A program made the translations under genes and the position numbers. Below are positions 60,127 to 64,000 of a stretch of DNA of 64,000 bases, piece by piece (position 1 is the first letter of the stretch; each line of letters begins with the position of its first letter). The notes under the pieces are model-generated. The model made no database searches. It was not told where the DNA came from and saw nothing but the letters and a program-made list of their open reading frames with translations. This DNA comes from Promethearchaeota archaeon. GTDB taxonomy: Archaea > Asgardarchaeota > Lokiarchaeia > Sigyniarchaeales > SOKP01. The stretch is taken from positions 67,320-131,319 of the forward strand of contig JAUWGH010000007.1 in assembly GCA_030606485.1 (NCBI GenBank), written 5' to 3'.

Positions 60127-60747
60127 TTGCCGATATTAACACCAGAGGATGAGATAGATTTAGCAAAATTTGAAGTAGAACTCGTAAAGAATTGGAATAA
60201 AATGATTGGTTCTCAAAAGAGTGTCACAGCAACGCATATGAAATTATCTGACCTTATAATCAAAGAAAATTCTGCAAGAGAAGTTTTTTTAAGAACTGCT
60301 AGAGATGTGTATAAACAGATGAAAGTACTAGCAAGAGAAAAAATGTCTAATATCGATGAGAACGATGGGAAAATAATTCAAAAAATAATTCATGATAATG
60401 AAACAATATATGAAAATAATAAAAAATTTCTTAACGCCATAAAAGATCTAGGATTACAAAGAGAATATCTACATAAAGAATTTCAAGAATTAACTGAAGC
60501 ATTAAAGGATGTATCTTCAAAAAGAAAAGCAGTTGTTCATAAAGCTTTAAAAATCGAAATATCAAAGAATAAATTAATTGAAGGAGAGAAACTAGAAATG
60601 TTGGACCAAGAATTTAAAAACATACAAAAGGAGTTTGACAGATCTAAAGGACGTTATTTGAAAAAAGTTGAACATATTGAATCTACGAGGAATGAAGTTA
60701 ATTCTTTATGGAATAAATTAAAAGATTCTACTATGGGATTTGACTGA
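60127..60747 (+). CDS. Hypothetical all-helical/coiled-coil protein
   Basis: 206 aa with heptad-like K/E/L-rich sequence throughout and no recognisable family. TTG start. Confidence 0.5.
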   Translation: MPILTPEDEIDLAKFEVELVKNWNKMIGSQKSVTATHMKLSDLIIKENSAREVFLRTARDVYKQMKVLAREKMSNIDENDGKIIQKIIHDNETIYENNKKFLNAIKDLGLQREYLHKEFQELTEALKDVSSKRKAVVHKALKIEISKNKLIEGEKLEMLDQEFKNIQKEFDRSKGRYLKKVEHIESTRNEVNSLWNKLKDSTMGFD

Positions 60748-60861
60748 ATTTAAAAAAATTTGAAATATTGGTTTAGAATCATTGAAAAATAAAAAGGTAA
60801 ATAATTAAAAATAAATATTTAATCGATTATAATTACATAGAAAAAATTTTTTTCCTAGGGG

Positions 60862-61278
60862 ATGATAAAAATAGCCGAAGAATTTAATTCAATGTTAGCT
60901 GCAACCCGGAAAGCACCACTAGATGAAAAACTCAAAGGACTTGCAGATATCATTGAAAGTATAATGCAAATTGTGTTAAAAATTCCTAATTTGGTAGATC
61001 AAAGCTTAACTATTATAAATTCAAGAATTTCTTCAATTGAAGGAAGGCTCACTTCACTGGAAACAAGAACTGCTCAAGGAGCTACGGCTGTATCAGCAGG
61101 AGCTGGAAGTCTGCCTCGCTCCCCAGGAGCTCCACCACCTCCGCCAGGAGCGCCTCCACCACCTCCGGGACGTCCACCCGCTGGTCCTGAACCAGCGAGT
61201 GCAGCTAATCCAGTTTCTTTAAGAGGGGCCATCATGGGCGAATTGAAGGAATTATTCTCAAAAAGAAAAAAGATATAA
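60862..61278 (+). CDS. Hypothetical protein: N-terminal coiled coil, A/G/S linker, (GAPPPPP)x2 polyproline tract, C-terminal WH2-like amphipathic helix with a basic tail
   Basis: 138 aa. Residues 85-111 read PRSPGAPPPPPGAPPPPPGRPPAGPEP (nt 61114-61194). Residues 117-138 read PVSLRGAIMGELKELFSKRKKI (nt 61210-61275). This is a local GC spike in an AT-rich genome, and the frame is supported by clean helical sequence on both sides. Confidence 0.6.
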   Translation: MIKIAEEFNSMLAATRKAPLDEKLKGLADIIESIMQIVLKIPNLVDQSLTIINSRISSIEGRLTSLETRTAQGATAVSAGAGSLPRSPGAPPPPPGAPPPPPGRPPAGPEPASAANPVSLRGAIMGELKELFSKRKKI

Positions 61279-61558
61279 TAATTTTATATGTTTCAACCTC
61301 AACAAAATACCTAATTCATTCAATTTGATTTTCAATTAATAAAATTTAATATTTATTTCTCTCTCGTTTTTTTAATAAAATAAAATTAAAAATATAATTT
61401 TCTCTCCTTCAAATTGCGAATTAATTACTTATTTCATAGTATTTTGTTTAAACATTAAAAAATGATTAATTTAAAATAGTTTTAATATCTTAAATATGAT
61501 TTTTGTTATCATTAATGTTTTAAATTAGATTTTCATTAATATTTTAACTAAATTTATT

Positions 61559-63334
61559 ATGCAGAATATGACTGAAAATACAAAAACAGTAAAAGTAATA
61601 CATGATTCTCAGAGGAAAGTTCTAGAAATTATATCCTTATTACGAGTGATGAATAATTACTATGGGAAAAAGAAGGATATTCAAAAGAAAATGAAACCAA
61701 TTGTTTTAAAAAGATTTAAAAAGAGTATAAAAGAATTAGAAGAAAATTCCGATTGGTTATTTTCTGTTCCGAGCACACTGGACTCTTTAAATTTAGAATT
61801 TATGAAAAAAAATGATGCTTTTCGATTTCCCGATGCAATACATTTATTTGAGGCATGGATGAATCTTGGGATGGATGCTGTTTTTCCACGAGTTGCATTT
61901 AACTTTGATTTTCCAGGTGTATTACCAAATGAAAAAAAAAGGTCTGTATTTCAGTTTATTTATAATTTTTCTCGTGGATTTGGTTTTCCAATCATTTTTA
62001 ATCCCACATTTTATGAACATGATATTGGTTTATTGAGATTTCTTAATCCATTATTAAAATGGGGCTATACTGTTTTTCACAAAGTAAATCAAGCGAATTC
62101 TCTTGTTGAAAGACGTTTTAATTTAAATAGACATCATCCTGGAGAATTTGAATTTGTTATAATTTCAGAATTTAAAGATGGATTTAAAGGAGTTGACACA
62201 CTTTTACATGGATATAAAATAAAAAAACCAAAATTAATCGGAAATTATGATAATTTAAATCAAGCCTTAGAAGATATTGTATTTTCTTATTCAATAGGAG
62301 ATCATGCAATGAGTATTTTGAAATATAAAGGGCAAAGATTTAAGGAAATCCCCCTTATCGATAATCATTTTATTAAAAAAAAATATGATATTGATTTTTA
62401 CTCTTATATTAAAAAATTAATCTCGACTAATAACGCTATTACTCAAAGAATTAAAGAATTAAGAAAGGAAATCACACAAAAATTAAAGGAATTTTCACTT
62501 ATTGATAAAATAAGATTTAGATTAAGGAAAGGTAAAGTTATTCCTTTATCTAAAGACTTACAAAAAGTTAAAGATATTGAGTTTAAAAAAAATATCTTAG
62601 ATAAAATTAGACAAAAATTATGGACTACTCCATTATATACTCATACAGTTCATTCACCTAAACAATATAAGCTCAGTTATACTCAAGAGGAAAATGATTT
62701 AGATGAATTAGGACAAGAAGAATCTGATTCAATCTTGTTAAAATTAGTAAGGAAATATGGAAAAAAATATAAAATCGAGTTCAATGAAGAAAAAATCATC
62801 AAAAAGCTTGAGGAATTAAGAGATGATATGGCAAAGATGTGGTTATATTTTAAAGAAAGACATCTTAATTATGCAAAAAGAAAAATGATGAAAATTACTA
62901 CAATGTCTGTTAATGATCCTAATTATAGAGAAAAAATATTAAAATTAGTAGATGAATTGATACCAATTATAACAATTCATGAGATTTTTATACGACCTTT
63001 ATCAGATTCTGTTTATCCAGAATCTATACCACAAACTCAAAAAATGTGGTCTTATCTCGCAACATTCTTAAGTTCTAAGTATAATCCAATGGGTGTTAGC
63101 TTAATTAAAACCTTCAATCGAATAGCATACCATAGATGGGCTTATTTTTTCAAAAAGAAAAATATAAAATTTAATCATTATTTCGATTATTTTATAAAAT
63201 TACCAATTTGGGAAAATATCCCAGATGAAATTATGAATTGTTTTAAATCTTATCCAAATGAAAAGATTATTTTCGTCAAAAACCCAAAACAATCAATAAG
63301 AAATAGAGTTTCCAAATTAAAAGAGAAATTTTAA
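61559..63334 (+). CDS. Hypothetical protein (591 aa)
   Basis: A long uninterrupted ORF. The N-terminal half is aromatic-rich (FNFDFPGVLP, FGFPIIFNPTFYEHD), the middle is K/E-rich and helical, and the C-terminal region is hydrophobic and aromatic. No family recognised. Confidence 0.55.
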   Translation: MQNMTENTKTVKVIHDSQRKVLEIISLLRVMNNYYGKKKDIQKKMKPIVLKRFKKSIKELEENSDWLFSVPSTLDSLNLEFMKKNDAFRFPDAIHLFEAWMNLGMDAVFPRVAFNFDFPGVLPNEKKRSVFQFIYNFSRGFGFPIIFNPTFYEHDIGLLRFLNPLLKWGYTVFHKVNQANSLVERRFNLNRHHPGEFEFVIISEFKDGFKGVDTLLHGYKIKKPKLIGNYDNLNQALEDIVFSYSIGDHAMSILKYKGQRFKEIPLIDNHFIKKKYDIDFYSYIKKLISTNNAITQRIKELRKEITQKLKEFSLIDKIRFRLRKGKVIPLSKDLQKVKDIEFKKNILDKIRQKLWTTPLYTHTVHSPKQYKLSYTQEENDLDELGQEESDSILLKLVRKYGKKYKIEFNEEKIIKKLEELRDDMAKMWLYFKERHLNYAKRKMMKITTMSVNDPNYREKILKLVDELIPIITIHEIFIRPLSDSVYPESIPQTQKMWSYLATFLSSKYNPMGVSLIKTFNRIAYHRWAYFFKKKNIKFNHYFDYFIKLPIWENIPDEIMNCFKSYPNEKIIFVKNPKQSIRNRVSKLKEKF

Positions 63335-63338
63335 AAGA

Positions 63339-64000
63339 TTACCACTCTAGGAATCCTGGGTCATCAAAAACCTCTTCAAGCGTTTTATCTTTTGCTAATT
63401 TTTCTTCTACTTCTATTTCTTCCTCAAGATCAACGCCAATATCTTCTTGTTTTATTTTTTCACGTAATTCTCTTTCTAATAATTTATAGTTTGCTGCTTC
63501 ATCTCTCCATTTATTAGATTCTTCTAGTAATTCTTCTTCTCCTGTTGAAATATATTCTTTAGATAATTCTGAGGCTTTCATTTTTGTAATATCTGATAGA
63601 AGCGAATAAGTTAAAGCTAATTCACTCCAATTTTTCTCTTTTTCATGTTCTTTTATATTTCCTTTTAAACGATGATATTCTTGATCTTTAAAATATAAAT
63701 CAATAAATGACCCATAAAAATCTACAGCAGCTTCAATAGAACGGGCTAAAACCTCTTTTTGTAATCCGCAAGTTCCACATTTAACTTCAACCAAATTGAC
63801 AATTTTATCCTTTAATTCTGTTTTTTTTAATTTTCCGCCACAAATAGAGCAGTTTTTTACATTTTCTCCGTTTATATCATATAAATCATTTGCTGAGCGT
63901 AAATTTGCATCCCATTCTAGCCCACAATCAATACATTTTATAGAATATGCAATTAATTTGATCTTCTTCTCTATTTTAACTGATTTAGCCCCGCACTCAG
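63339..64000 (-). CDS. Multi-zinc-ribbon protein with helical acidic C-terminus; 5' end lies beyond the right window edge
   Basis: The track starts this ORF at 63794 (TTG), but the frame stays open to the window edge. My translation upstream reads ..ECGAKSVKIEKKIKLIAYSIKCIDCGLEWDANLRSANDLYDINGENVKNCSICGGKLKKTELKDKIVNLVEVKCGTCGLQ.. That gives at least three complete CxxC pairs, plus a lone Cys at the window edge that may belong to a fourth. Confidence 0.55.
   Translation of the reverse strand, partial: ECGAKSVKIEKKIKLIAYSIKCIDCGLEWDANLRSANDLYDINGENVKNCSICGGKLKKTELKDKIVNLVEVKCGTCGLQKEVLARSIEAAVDFYGSFIDLYFKDQEYHRLKGNIKEHEKEKNWSELALTYSLLSDITKMKASELSKEYISTGEEELLEESNKWRDEAANYKLLERELREKIKQEDIGVDLEEEIEVEEKLAKDKTLEEVFDDPGFLEW

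Noticed and set aside
61037-61222. 61-aa ORF in an alternative frame across the GC-rich proline-coding stretch
   Set aside because: It is a same-strand overlap of the 60862-61278 ORF. That frame has coherent helical flanks, whereas this one reads as a His/Leu/Gln-rich artefact of the CCN/GCN repeats.

Overview
This is a visibly AT-rich, densely packed archaeal chromosomal segment. Only the rRNA, the tRNAs and a few Pro/Ala/Gly-coding stretches are GC-rich. I count about 60 protein genes on both strands, one stand-alone 23S rRNA gene and three tRNA genes, two of which are interrupted. I recognised no CRISPR array, transposase, integrase, prophage block or intein. The backbone is archaeal information processing and housekeeping. 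Translation and RNA functions: aRF1 (partial, left edge), Pelota, Cbf5, RtcB with archease, TrmJ-like and MJ0882-like methyltransferases. Replication: Cdc6/Orc1 next to both PolD subunits. Transcription: RpoH with unsplit RpoB, TFE, MBF1. Protein fate: PAN and NAC. Metabolism: CDP-archaeol synthase, class III ribonucleotide reductase, a PFL-type glycyl radical enzyme, CoA-pathway genes (PPS, KPR, MfnA), ThiL, an HPS-RraA fusion, an FGGY kinase and CutA. Interleaved are three Ras-superfamily GTPases and a further longin/roadblock-like protein: a Roadblock-Rab-like fusion, a Rab-like GTPase with a long Pro-rich tail ending in a zinc ribbon, and an Arf/Rag-like GTPase with a C-terminal roadblock-like domain. 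Together with PolD and unsplit RpoB, this content suggests an Asgard (Lokiarchaeia-like) genome; that assignment is inference, not a database result. The items most worth a second look are listed here. (1) A small protein with a coiled coil, two GAPPPPP repeats and a C-terminal WH2-like helix, which is a candidate actin/profilin ligand. (2) The GTPase/roadblock set. (3) Two tRNA genes with 25-nt introns at non-canonical positions (D loop and 32/33), each with a recognisable bulge-helix-bulge fold. (4) An unlinked 23S rRNA with its own long processing stem, a textbook BHB motif and apparent expansion segments. (5) A replication island with a putative origin. (6) rpoH-rpoB not followed by rpoA. 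(7) A possible homopolymer frameshift at the trmJ start. All calls rest on reading the supplied translations and sequence by eye; no searches were run.
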